From NCBI GenBank assembly GCA_963514005.1, contig OY740812.1, forward strand, positions 7,316,001 through 7,380,000: DNA of 64,000 nt, given 5' to 3'. Of this stretch, positions 49,759 through 61,700 are shown one piece after another. The position numbers were made by a program, and so were the translations under genes. How positions within the stretch are numbered: position 1 is the first letter of the stretch; every line of letters starts with the position of its first letter. Source of the stretch: Raja brachyura (Eukaryota). The notes below the pieces were generated by a model. That model made no database searches. It saw only the letters and a program-made list of their open reading frames with translations, and was not told the origin of the DNA.

Positions 49759-50616
49759 ATGGGAGAATGGAGTTTCCTGAGCGAATGGCTGGACTCGATC
49801 AAGGAGCACGCCCCCATGCTGGGGCGTGTGTGGCTGCTTCTCATGATGATATTCCGCATTCTTGTCCTGGCCACCGTGGGGAGCGACATCTTCGAAGACG
49901 AGCAGGAAGAGTTTGCCTGCAACACACTCCAGCCCGGTTGCAAGCAGGTGTGCTACAACAACGCCTTCCCCATCTCGCCCTACAGGTTCTGGGTCTTCCA
50001 CATAGTATTTCTCTCAGTGCCGTCCTTGCTGTTTGTCGTCTATGCCGTCCACCTGTCCTCAAAGGACGAGGAGACACAAGAGAAGATTGGCATCATCAAA
50101 AGGAAGGAACCGGCCGGCAATGGCGTGCCAAGGATACAACAGTGTTACATTGTCCATGTCATCCTGCGGCTTCTGGCTGAAGTTGGCCTGGTTGTTTCCC
50201 AGTATTTGATTTTTGGCTTCACGATCGAGCCGCAGTTTATCTGCACGGGTTTCCCCTGCCCGCATATCGTGGACTGTTTTGTCTCCCGCCCAATGGAGAA
50301 GACCGTGTTTTTGATGTTTTATTTTGTGGTCAGCATCCTCTCCGCCCTGATCAGCTTCGTGGAGTTGGTGCACATAGTTAGGAAGATATGCAGCCGACAG
50401 CAACTAAAGACCTTTGAGCAGCAGAACCGGTCAAACAGTGACTACGAGAAGGGTCGAGAGCCACACTCGGTCCAGTTACTGGACAAGATGGTCATGGTGA
50501 ACCTTAGCTCCAACCACTCTGACATGGATTCTACTCACAAGACCAAGTCTTTGGGCAGTAGTAACAGTCGAAGATCTTCTCTATCGAGTGCAAAGAAACC
50601 TCCCCTCAACATCTAA
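49759..50616 (+). CDS. GJD3: Gap junction delta-3 protein (connexin 31.9 orthologue), 285 aa
   Basis: MGEW start in strong Kozak context (ACAATGG), 4 TM segments, E1 C-x6-C-x3-C and E2 C-x4-C-x5-C. GJD3-like strings FRILVLATVG, FEDEQEEF and YRFWVFHI. Lies downstream of TOP2A on the same strand, as in human. Confidence 0.9.
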   Translation: MGEWSFLSEWLDSIKEHAPMLGRVWLLLMMIFRILVLATVGSDIFEDEQEEFACNTLQPGCKQVCYNNAFPISPYRFWVFHIVFLSVPSLLFVVYAVHLSSKDEETQEKIGIIKRKEPAGNGVPRIQQCYIVHVILRLLAEVGLVVSQYLIFGFTIEPQFICTGFPCPHIVDCFVSRPMEKTVFLMFYFVVSILSALISFVELVHIVRKICSRQQLKTFEQQNRSNSDYEKGREPHSVQLLDKMVMVNLSSNHSDMDSTHKTKSLGSSNSRRSSLSSAKKPPLNI

Positions 50617-52929
50617 AAACTGCAACAGAACTGTGGTGCGGCAATGACAAGGAACTGCAAACATTTCAGGTGCAAAAAGTCACTTGTTCAAATCCTTATG
50701 CATATTGAGTGCAAAACAGAATCACTTCCAATTACATTGAGCTTGTATATTTGGTTAATTGCTTACCCGTTAATTGATTGCTCGTTAACAAACAATGGAG
50801 GTTGGTAAGATGTTCTGGAAGCTGAATTGGGGATTAGAGGCAACGGTGACACAGCTGGTGAAGATGCCCCTTCAAGGCTCCTACGCCCTCTGTTCGTGTG
50901 GAGTTTGCACGTTCTCCCTGTGCCCGCAATGGGGTTTCTCCTCCAGGTGCCCGGGTTTCCTCCCACATGCCGAAGACGTGCGTGCGGGTTGATGGGCTAG
51001 TTGGCCACGGTAAATCGGCCGCTGGTGTGTGGCCGAGTGGTGCAACCTGGGAAGGGTTTGTGACAGTAAATCAGTGATCAGTGCGGGAATAGTGCGCTCG
51101 TTGGTTGGCGTGGCCCCAGAGGGCCAAAGGGCTTGTTTCTATGGGCCTTGCTGATGATGAGAGGTGTGGGTTCAGTGGGCTGCCGGGGTCCGTGACAGAG
51201 CAGAAAGTATCTTGAGGCCAAGGTAGAGGCCAAGTATCTGCCTGAAACAGCGGCCACAACCCGTTCAGTCCCTCATGGGAGTGGAAAGTGAGTTATTAAA
51301 CCATCTGGAAACGTTCCATTTTATTCATGTTGACCTTTTCCTTCTAATTGTCCTTCACTTCAGTTTAGTTTATTGTCACATGTACCGAGGTACAGTGAAA
51401 AGCTTCTGTTGCGTGCTACCCAGCCATAGGTGATTACAATCGAGCCGTTCACAGTGTACAGATACATGAGAGGGGAATAACGTTTAGCGCAAGGTAACGC
51501 CAGTAAATTCCGATCAAAGATAGTGCGAGGGTCCCCAATGAGGTAGAGAGTGGTTCAGGACTGCGGTCTGATTGTGGTAGGATGATTCAGTTGCCCAATA
51601 ACAGCTGGGAAGAAACTGCCCCTGAATCTGTTTGTTTATTTATTTGTTCAGATGAGGATCGCACTGTCAATGCTTATCCCCAATTACCCATGAGTCAGAG
51701 GACCAAGTTAAGAACCATAGTTAAGAATTGTTAACATCCAGTTTTGTTCCGGCCTTTTCTCACCTCCTGTCCCCCCCCCCCCCCCCCATATCTTTCAATA
51801 TGAAGATGGTTCCCACCCGAAACGTCACCTATTCCCTTTCTCCAGAGATGCTGCCTGACCCGCTGAGTCACTCCAGCATTTTGTGTCCATCTTGGTTAAG
51901 AATCGACCACATTAGATTGGACAATTTGCTAATCAGGGATGTGCTTTGGTACGGCAATACTCTACTGGAGTGTTTGTGAGGAAAGAATTTCACTGCGGGC
52001 TTGCACTTTGCACACGTGACAATAAAAAGCATCATCGACACAATGGTTTGTTTGACTAGAGATACAAGGAATTACAGGTGCTGGAATCTTGAGCCGGAAC
52101 ACAAAGCGCTGGAGTTACGCAGCAGGTCAGGCAGCATCTGCGGAAGGGGTGACTGTATGGGCGGCGTTTCAGGTCGTAAGCCATCTTCAGACTGATGGAC
52201 AATGTTTTGGAACGGGACCCGACACCAGTCTGAAGAAGACCATGAAATATCACCTCGTCAGTGGAGGCCAAATCACTGGAAGGATTTAAGAGAGAGTTAG
52301 ATAGAGCTCTAGGGGCTAGTGGAATCAAGGGATATGGGGAGAAGGCAGGCACGGGTTATTGATTGGGGACGATCAGCCATGATCGCAATGAATGGCGGTG
52401 CTGGCTCGAAGGGCCGAATGGCCTCCTCCTGCTATTTTCTATGCTTCTATCCCCTCCACAAATGCTGCCTGACCCACTGAGTTGCTCCAGCACTTGTTGA
52501 CCAGGTATTTGGGACAGGAACTAGGAAGGATCAACCGCATGTATAGAGGAGACAATTTAAAGCAATCATTGCTTTGGCGACCAGGGCAATCCGCTGCAAT
52601 AACTTAAAAAAATCTATATCTATAAGACTGGCTGGTACCAGTCTTGCACTAGAATGACATTACTGTATAAGAATTACAGTCAGTATTTGTTGTGGACTTT
52701 CTTACTACTGTATATGGAGCTTTTGAATTTACACTCTTTGATTAAAATGAGTTTTTAAATTGAAGTGGCGGTGCAGCATTTTTGAACTTCAAGTTGTGTC
52801 ACAAAGACTTTGAAGGGCCACACATACACATTTCCCTCACATTATGCGTTAGTTCACTCCTGTGCTTCGGGGGCAAGTGTTGAGGGGAACTCAGGGAGAA
52901 AGAACTACACGAGGTTAAATGGTTACTCA

Positions 52930-53272
52930 AAGAACTTACCGAATCGTCAAAGGCCTGGATAGAGTGGATGTGGAGGGAATGTTTCCACCAGTGGGAGACT
53001 CCAGGACCAGAATTAAAGGACGCGCCTTTAGGAAGGAGATGAGGAGGAATTTCTTTAGTCAGAGGGTGGTGAATCTGTGCAATCCATTGCTGCAGAAGGC
53101 TGTGGAGGCTATTTTTAAGGCAGAGATGGATAGATTATTGATTACTGCAGGTGCCTGGGGTAATGGGGAGAAGGCAGGTGAAGGGGTTAAGCGGGAGAGA
53201 TAGATCAGCCACGATTGAATGACGGAGGAGACTTGATGGGCCGAGTGGCCTAATTCTGCTCCTATCACTTAT
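52930..53272 (+). mobile_element. CR1 LINE 3' end
   Basis: TYRIVKGLDRVDVEGMFP..EMRRNFFSQRVVNL. Confidence 0.85.
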
Positions 53273-54794
53273 GAGAACAACCCCCTTCCCAAACCCTGTG
53301 ACCTTTGCCATCCATTGGCCATTGGGAGTGACCCCATTTGAAGGTTCCCCGCTGAGGCACACACCTTCCTGAGATAGCTCTGGAGGTTCCTCATATGACC
53401 CAATGGCTTGGTTTCTTACCAATCAGCCCTTTGGAAGCACCTTCGTCAGGAAGACCACAGGAGAGACGTTCTCCGCCTTCTTAGGGTCGGTTGGAGACGG
53501 TCAACAAGCACTGGCCTTTATCCAATAAAAAGGGGTGCACGGATTCACTTGTTTATGAAATCTTCTGGCTCGTTCTGTGAATATTGGGACAGAATGAAGA
53601 GGTCGTTTCACCAAGAAAGTACATACTTCCCTAGTTTCAGAAACTAAATATTTACAACTATTCCTGCAATAACACAGCACTTAGACAGCATATATCTTAA
53701 ATGATGGTCGAGGTTTAAACTCATTCCTCATTTTAATGTCTATAGTCAGAAGATAAACAGAACTAACTCCACACTATGACTAGAAGTGCAAGTCAGACTG
53801 GTAGTTCAGGTAGAGTCCTTCACTGTGGGAAGGTACCTTGGAGTTTAAGTGTGTTTGTTCTTTGGGACATTAAAGATTTCCAGGTACCTTGATCAACTTT
53901 GTTCATTTACCCATTTGCTTCCACGGTTAACTGATTCAATTCAGAGCAATCTAATATCTGCCCTCTTATCTTTACCTACTGGAGAATGTTTTCAATGCAA
54001 AAATCACTTCATTTGTTTCTTGAAAGAAAAGAAGCAAAGAGGCTTGGCACTCCACCACTCTGTGTCTTATTTTGTAAGTTATTCCAGCACTTCGTGTCTT
54101 TTCTTGCACTGTAGAGATGCTGCCTGACCTGTTGAGTTACTCCAGCACTTTGTGTCTATTTTTGTAAACCAATACCTGCAGTTCCTCGTTTCGTTATTTG
54201 TTCCTTGCATGTGACCAAATGCTGTCCAATTGCAACCTTGATCTTAATGTATAACGATATATTTTTTATCGACCTAGCGGTTTAGATATTTGTTCAGTTG
54301 TGAGGGATTGCCAACACTCTAGGACCATCCTGGAGTCTTTCAAAGATTCAAAGCTCCCACACACTCTTGTGAGAAGCCCAGGACCAAAATCAGAAGGTAT
54401 TAAAAAACTTGTTCCTACAAGATCACTTCAAACACTTTCTGCCTCAGTCATTATTGGGCAAAACAGGAGATAAAAGTACAAAACCTCCAAGAATTAGAAT
54501 TGGCAACTCTAGTTGATGGATTGTTGACATTGCCTGTTTGCAATGACTAATTTCACCATGGATTAGAAGGGCCGAGATGGCCTGTTTCCGTGCTGTAATT
54601 GTTAATTGGCTCTACTTTATCCTCTGCCACCTCTATGACCTACAGTTGCTCCTGGTCTTGGTTCCAATGGCACATTAACCTTTTTGAAAATCAATTGTCT
54701 CAATTTCAATTAAATAAAAACGTTGCCTTCGTGTTAAATTCCAATTGGCACTCATTTCTCTCTTTGAGGGAGCAACAGAGTAAAAACGACTTGC

Positions 54795-55332
54795 TAGACA
54801 CAAAATGCTGGAGTAACTCAGCGAGACAGGCAGCATCTCTGGAGAGAAGGAATGGGTGATGTTTTGGGTCGAGATTCTTCTTCAGTCTCTGAGAGTCAGG
54901 GGAGAGGGAGATAGAGGTGAAGGTGTGAAAATGGGGGAAAAGGGAATTGAGATCAAGGAAAATATATAATGGATCACTGTCAGCTGGGAGAAGGTGACAA
55001 GAAAGCAAACAGAGATAAAATGTAGTCGGAGACAGTCAGACTAGTTGGAGAACTGGGAAGGGAGAGGAATGGAGAGAGAGGGAAAGCAAGGGTTACTTGA
55101 AGTTAGAGAACTCAATGTTCACACTGCTGGGGTGTAAGCATTCCCTTTGCCCTATTTTCACACCATCACACTTATATCCCCCCCACCCCCCTAATGTCAG
55201 TCTAAAGAAGGGCCTCGATCCAAAACGTCACCCGTTCCTTCTCTCCAGAGATGCAGCCTGTCCCGCTGAGTTACGACAGCGTTTTGTGTCTATCTTTGGT
55301 TTAAACGGGCATCTGCAGTTCCTTCCTGCCCA
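54795..55332. mobile_element. Neptune PLE: long minus-strand 3' fragment followed by an inverted plus-strand unit
   Basis: About 55092-55138 minus reads LHPSSVNIEFSNFK*; second arm 55140-55332 in opposite orientation. Confidence 0.8.
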
Positions 55333-56893
55333 AACTACTTGCTCCTATTTTAGAAGAAAGCCATTTTATAATCTGGGGAAGAATGCGATGACTCAGCAAT
55401 CTCTGAGGAATTCGCAGGAAGTTACTGCAAACGTCCAAATATGGAAAGGACTTGCATGTGAAATAGGGAAAGACTTAGTTGTTCCCTTTAAAGTTCAATG
55501 CATCAGCCTTGCTTCAGGTTAGCGAAAGACCATCATCAATTTCAGGATTAAGCACTGCGCAACTGGAAAATCTCCACTTTGGACTCAGATGTTGACAGAG
55601 TGATGTAATGTTCTCCCAGGAAACGGACTATTGTTCTGTGATATCGATCTGCCCTTCATTTATCCCGCTCTGTGACAAGGAACCAGTTCAATCAAGAGCT
55701 CGGTCCCTTGTATCTGGATTTCAGCATTTTCCATTGTGTGAAGGGATATTGAAACAGTATTTCTCCCTGACATTTCAGCTCACATCCCCTGTCTCTTCCT
55801 CGGCCACTCGACTGCCCTGGAATATAAAAAAGCAAAACAGAACCGCAGATGTAAATCTGAATTAAAAATTAAAAAGTTTCTTGAATTGAAACATGTACTC
55901 TGTCCCTCCTTAAATGCTGCCTAACTTGTTCAACTTTAACTTGTTTCAACTTTGCCGGTGTGAACTTGGTGGGCCGAAGAGCCTGTTTCTCTACAAAACA
56001 AACAAAAAGTCAGTTTGAGATCTTCTTTCCCTTAGGCAACTCAGTCAGTGTGATGAACACGCCCAGTGTTCAAACCTAGCTTTTGGGCTCGGTCACAAGT
56101 GTTGCCCTCAGGATCTGCTTCCTGCAAATTGGCTGTGAAAATATAGAACCGGTGTGAATGGGTGATCAATGGTTGGCATGGGCTCAGCGGGCCGAGGGGC
56201 CTGTTTCAATGTTGTATCTCTAAACTAAACTTTTCACGTCCAATCCCAGGAAACTGACAGGAACTGCGACACTGAATGAGATCTTTATTATTGCCCATAA
56301 GACATAGAAGCAGAATTAAGTCGTTCTGCTCATCGAGTCTGCTCTGCCATTCAATCATGTCTGATCTATCTTTCCCCCTCAACTCCATTCTCCTGTCTTC
56401 TCCCCGTAACCTTTGACATCCTTACTATTCGAGAACCTATCAATCTCCACTTTAAAAATACCGAATGACTTGGCCTCCACTGCCGTCTGTGGCAATGAAT
56501 TCCACAGATTCGCCACCCTCTGGCTGAAGAAATTCCTCCTCATCTCCATTCTAAAGGCACGTCCTTTTATTCTGAAACTGTATCCATAATCACAATAACT
56601 GTTTCAACGTCCCAACATAACTTTGAGTGTGTAATGGTGATGCATATTTTAATGGTTTTATACATGTTATATGTATTTTTATACAGAGAGTAATGTTTAT
56701 ATGAATTCCTTACACTAAAGTTGTCTGCCTTTAAAATTAAACTGATATTTGATCAATTATATTTCTTTCATTGAGGTTAACGACCTGACACTTGTTTAAA
56801 GTATTTAAACAAATTGAATATAGTTCCAATATTACCACAAATTCATTATTAAAAGATAGATAATTTAAAGGAAACAATATTAGAACTAATTAG

Positions 56894-57115
56894 TTAAAGA
56901 AGGAACTGCAGATGCTGGAGAATCGAGAATTACACAAAAAGCTGGAGAAACTCAGCGGGTGCAGCAGCATCTAAGGAGCGAAGGAGATAGGCGACGTTTC
57001 GGGTCGAGACCCTTCTTCAGTCTGAAGAAGGGTCTTGACCCGAAACGTCGCCTATCTCCTTCGCTCCTTAGATGCTGCTGTACCCGCTGAGTTTCTCCAG
57101 CTTTTTGTGTAACCC
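56894..57115. mobile_element. Near-perfect palindromic dimer of Neptune subfamily-B units, 14-bp TSD
   Basis: Axis at 57021 (CTTCAG-T-CTGAAG); TTAGAACTAATTAG at 56880-56893 and 57116-57129. Confidence 0.9.
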
Positions 57116-57230
57116 TTAGAACTAATTAGGATCATCTGCCATTAGCATTTCCACTTCCACCAGTTCTACCTTCCCACTCTTGAGACCACCAAGTCTCCAC
57201 CCGGGGCCGAGAGTTATCGACGATCTACTG

Positions 57231-57446
57231 GTTAAGAGCTTAAGAAGGAACTGCAGATGCTGGAAAATTGAAGGTAGACAAAAATGCTGGAGAAACTCAG
57301 CGGGCGAGGCAGCATCTATGGAGTGAAGGAAATAGGCAACGTTTCGGGTCGAGAAGAAGGGTCTCGACCCGAAACGTCGCCTATTTCCTTCGCTCCATAG
57401 ATGCTGCCTCGCCCGCTGAGTTTCTCCAGCAATCTTGTCTACCAAT
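57231..57446. mobile_element. Palindromic dimer of Neptune subfamily-C units
   Basis: Opposed arms; GATCTACTG at 57222-57230 and 57447-57455. Confidence 0.85.
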
Positions 57447-57805
57447 GATCTACTGATGATGATTATTTACTGTGTAGGAAGGAACTGCAGATGCTGGTTT
57501 AAACCGAAGATAGACACAAAAAGCTGGAGCAGCTCAGCGTCTGAAGAAGTGTCTCGGCCCAAAACGTCACCCAGTCCATCTCTCCAGATGCTGCCTGTCC
57601 CGCTGAGTTACTCCAGCATTTTGTGTCTATCTTGTTTATTTACTGTCAGCTGTCAGTCAGGGCAGGACTCTTGTTTCAAGCAGCTGCAACTTCAGCTGAC
57701 AAGACCCAAATCTCTGGAGTTCCCTCAAAAGCCTCTAAAGGAGGGAAGTCTTCCTTTACGAGTTGCCTTGAAACATACGTCAAGTGCTTGGTCTGCTGTA
57801 CTTCC

Positions 57806-58144
57806 ATATATATTTTATATTTTATATATTTAGTTTAATTAGCTTCAGGAGCTAATTAACCCACGATTTGTATATATATATATATAAATATGGTTTAATT
57901 AGTTCCTCATTTATATATAATATATAATATTTTCTATATAAACAAATACATTTATATATATTATTATATATATTATAATAATATTATTATATTTACATAT
58001 ATTTATACATTTACACACATAGAATATAGAATATATATACTTTTTTCATAAATGAAATACATATTTTTTACATTTTATTTTTATCTATAATATAAATATA
58101 TAAATAATATATATATATACATTATGGGATAATTAGCTCCTTAA
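57806..58144. repeat. (TA)-rich low-complexity tract bracketed by an inverted repeat
   Basis: AGGAGCTAATTAACCCACGAT near 57847 versus ATTATGGGATAATTAGCTCCT at 58121-58141. Confidence 0.7.
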
Positions 58145-60051
58145 GTGACTTTGTATCAATCCCCTGGAAGGTATCTTTGGATGTGTGACCATGTTAAAGG
58201 TGCTGTATAGATGTTGCCTCTGTACTGACTGAATATTGGAGCGCCACGTTCTGCATGAGTGCTCCTTCGTGCCAAAACTAAGCACCTGTTTGTTCTTCAG
58301 GTGCATTAAAACAATCCCACAAAGACGAACAGGATATTTCTGGGTAATAGTTACTGTCTAATATCTGTAAAATCTCTGATCTTAGTTAGAGTCATTCAGC
58401 ATGGAAACAGGCCCTTCGGCCCAATTTGCCCACACTGACCAGCATGTCCCATCTACACTAGTCCCACCTGCCTGCATTTGGCCCATATCCCTCTAAACAT
58501 CTGTGCAGAAGTCTGTGGAATTCTCTGCCTCAGAGGGCGGTGGAGGCAGGTTCTCTGGATGCTTTCAAGAGAGAGCTCGTAAAAATAGTGGAGTCAGGGG
58601 ATATGGGGAGAAGGCAGGAATGCGGTACTGATTGGGGATGGTCAGCCTTGATCACATTGAATGGCGGTGCTGGCTCGAAGGGCCAAATGGCCTACTCCTG
58701 CACCTATTGTCTATTGTCTAACATGTCCTATCCATGTCTGTTCAAATGTTAATTTAAACGTTGTTCATAAGTTCTGACCTTATAGGAGCAGAATTAGACC
58801 ATTCGGCCCATCAGGTCTTCTCCGCCGTTCTCCTGCCTTCTCCCCATAACCCCTGACACCCGTACTAATCGTGAATCTGTCAAATTGTGCCTTAAAAATA
58901 CCTAATGACTTGGCCTCCACAGCCGTCTGTGGCAATGAATTCCACCCATTCACCACCCTCTGACTAATGAAAAGTTCTTCCTCATCTCCTTTCTAAAGTT
59001 CTTTGTGATCGTACCTGCCTCAGCTACCTCCTCTGGCACATCGTTCAATACACCCATCACCCTTCATGTAAAAAACCCTGAGGTTCCTTAATTCTCTGGT
59101 TCTTGTTTCCCTGACTCTGGGTAAAAGACTGTGCATTTACGCTCTCTGTTCCGCTCATGATCTTGTGCATGTTTACTTTGCTGCTGTTGTGGGAGCTGAC
59201 AGATTCCTGAGTCAGTCACTCTATTTGGGGGCACCGTTACGTGAGGGGATTACCATGCAGAGAGACAGGGAAAGATTCAAGGGTATCCTCAAAACCTCCT
59301 TGAGGAAATTCAATACCTCCATTTACTCTGGGAATCTCTGGCTCATGACCTTTCACTTACAGACTTGCTCGTGCGTGGAAGGAGACCAGTTGGTTCATCC
59401 TGACCTTTCTGTCTCTGCTGAATTATTTTTTCCATTAGCCCCATCCGTCCTTTCCCCATTTTATTCTGATTTATTCTCTTTTGATTATGAATTTTTGATT
59501 CTATTAGTGATCAACTATTTGAGAAAGGTTATCAACTATTTGAAAAAAGATATCAACTTTTGATTCTTTTTGCCATGAACCTACAATGTTCGTGCCAAAC
59601 AAGATATCAAGATAAACTAATCTCATCTGCCTGCATATGATCCATATGCCACCATTGCCATTATATCCATGTGCCTATCCAAAATGTCTTGTAAAAGCCA
59701 CAATCACACCTGCTTTTTCCATCACTGGCTGCATGTTCCAAGTGCCTCCCATACTCAGTATTTTAAAAAAACATGCCCCTCTGGTTTTCTTTATACCTTG
59801 CCCCATTCACCTTAAAGCTGTGCCCTCTAGTCCATGATATTTCCACCATGGGAATAAGGTTCTGACTGTCTTTCCAATCTACGCCTCTCAGAATTTTATC
59901 TATCAGGGACCAGATAACCTACCTCACATCGCAAGAGATGTGAAATTAAACTCCAGCACCCGAAGAAAAGTCTCACATGGTCATGAGGAGAACATGAGGG
60001 GAGAAGGCAGGAGAATGGAGTCGTGAGGGAAAGATAGATCAGCCATGATTG

Positions 60052-60900
60052 TTGGGGATGAGTCGGAGTACAGAAGAGAGATCGAGCGACTGTCCATATG
60101 GTGCCAACACAACAACCTGGCCCTCAACACCAGCAAAACCAATGAACTGATTGTGGACTTTGGAAGGAGTAGGATGGGGACCCACAGTCTCTTTATATCA
60201 ACAGGTCTATGGTTGAAAGGGTCAAGAGCTTCAAATTCTTGGGCGTGCACATCTCTGAAGATCTCTCCTGGTCCGAGAACACTGATGCAATTATCAAGAA
60301 AGCTCACTAGTGCCTCTACTTCCTGAGAAGATTACGGAGAGTCGGTTTGTCAAGGAGGACTCTCTCTAACTTCTACAGGTGCACAGTAGAGAGCTTGCTG
60401 ACCGGTTGCATCGTGGCTTGGTTCAGCAACTTGAGCACCCTGGAGAGGAAAAGACTACAAAAAGTAGTAAACACTGCCCAGTCCATCATCGGCTCTGACC
60501 TTCCTTCCATCGAGGGGATTTACCGCAGTCGCTGCCTCAAAACAGCTGGCAGTATCATCAAGGACCCACACCATCCTGGCCACACACTCATCTCCCTGCT
60601 ACCTTCAGGTAGAAGGTACAGGAGCTTGAAGACTGCAACGACCAGGTTCAGGAATAGCTACTTCCCCACAGCCATCAGACTATTAAACCTGGCTCGGACA
60701 AAACTAATAACCCATTATCTGTTATTTGCACTTTATCAGTATATTTATTCATGTGCGTATATATTTATATAATAGTATATGGACACACTGATCTGTTTTG
60801 TAGTCAATGCCTACTATGTTCTGTTGTGCTGAAACAAAGCAAGAATTTCATTGCCCTATCAGGGACACATGAAAATTAACATACTTGAACTTGAATCTTG
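60052..60900 (+). mobile_element. Rex1/Babar LINE 3' fragment (RT C-terminus, frameshifted) nested in a CR1 3' UTR
   Basis: DESEYRREIERLSIWCQHNNLALNTSKTNELIVDF; FYRCTVESLLTGCIVAWF; LLPSGRRYRSLKTATTRFRNSYFP; (CTTGAA)n tail; CR1 resumes after 60900. Confidence 0.9.
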
Positions 60901-61109
60901 AAAAGGCGGAATGGACTCGATGGGCCAAATGGCCTAATTCTGCTCCTATGACTTATGAACTTATTCCAACTCCAACAGCCAGCACCGAAGGTCAAGGTTA
61001 AAGCTATAACTCTTGCCTAACTAGCTCATAGCACAGGGATTAAACCAGAGAGAACAATGATTGAAGGTCCTGATTTGTACTCTATTGACGCTCTTCCTAA
61101 ATTCTCTTT

Positions 61110-61378
61110 GCAGGACTTCAGCACTCATCCTTTACCATTGCTACCAATATAGATAGACATGACCACTGTCAGCTCACCCTGCCCTTTCAGAATGTCCTGT
61201 GCCGCCCAGAGACACTGTGGCCAGAGAAACAACCCGCTGGCCGTACCCCTGACTATGGAGTCCCCTATTACACTCACCCACATAGAATGAGTGCTACCCT
61301 GCTGTTCAACATTACTGTTCAGGCTGCTACTGTTAGTTGCTCCTGGGAAGCCATCTCCGCCAACATTATCCAAATGGA
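61110..61378 (-). pseudogene. Degraded CR1 ORF1 SGNH-esterase region
   Basis: VSVIGDSIVRG (GDS block) and IYIGSN (GxND-like block) in ORF 61125-61373. Confidence 0.7.
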
Positions 61379-61379
61379 T

Positions 61380-61700
61380 TGTTTAATTTAATTTAGTTCA
61401 ATTTAGAGATACAATGCGGAAACAGGCCCTTCGGCCCGCCAGGTCCTCACCGACCAGCGATTCCCGCACATTAACACTATCCGACACACACTTGGGACAA
61501 TTGACATTTTATTTTACCAAGCCAATTAACCTCCAAACCTGCACGTCTTTGGAGTGTGGGTGGAAACCGAAGATCTCAGAGAAAACCCACGTGCTCACGG
61601 GGAGAACGTACAAACTCCGTACAGACAGCACCCGTAGTCGGGATCGAACCGGGTCTCTGGCCCTGCGAGGCAGCAACTCTACCGCTGCGCCACTGTGCCG
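61380..61700 (-). mobile_element. HE1/V-SINE, full length
   Basis: A box, B box, V-domain, tail. Confidence 0.85.

Noticed and set aside
49522-50403. Antisense and alternate-frame ORFs over the connexin (159, 127, 137, 114 aa)
   Set aside because: Shadows of the GC3-rich connexin CDS; no independent protein features
53300-53535. CCAAT-rich unique segment with AATAAA near 53524
   Set aside because: Cannot distinguish promoter, distal GJD3 poly(A) site or chance from sequence alone
54301-54512. Possible old hAT remnant (GGATTGCCAAC ... TTGGCAACTCT)
   Set aside because: TIR-like ends only; no 8-bp TSD could be confirmed
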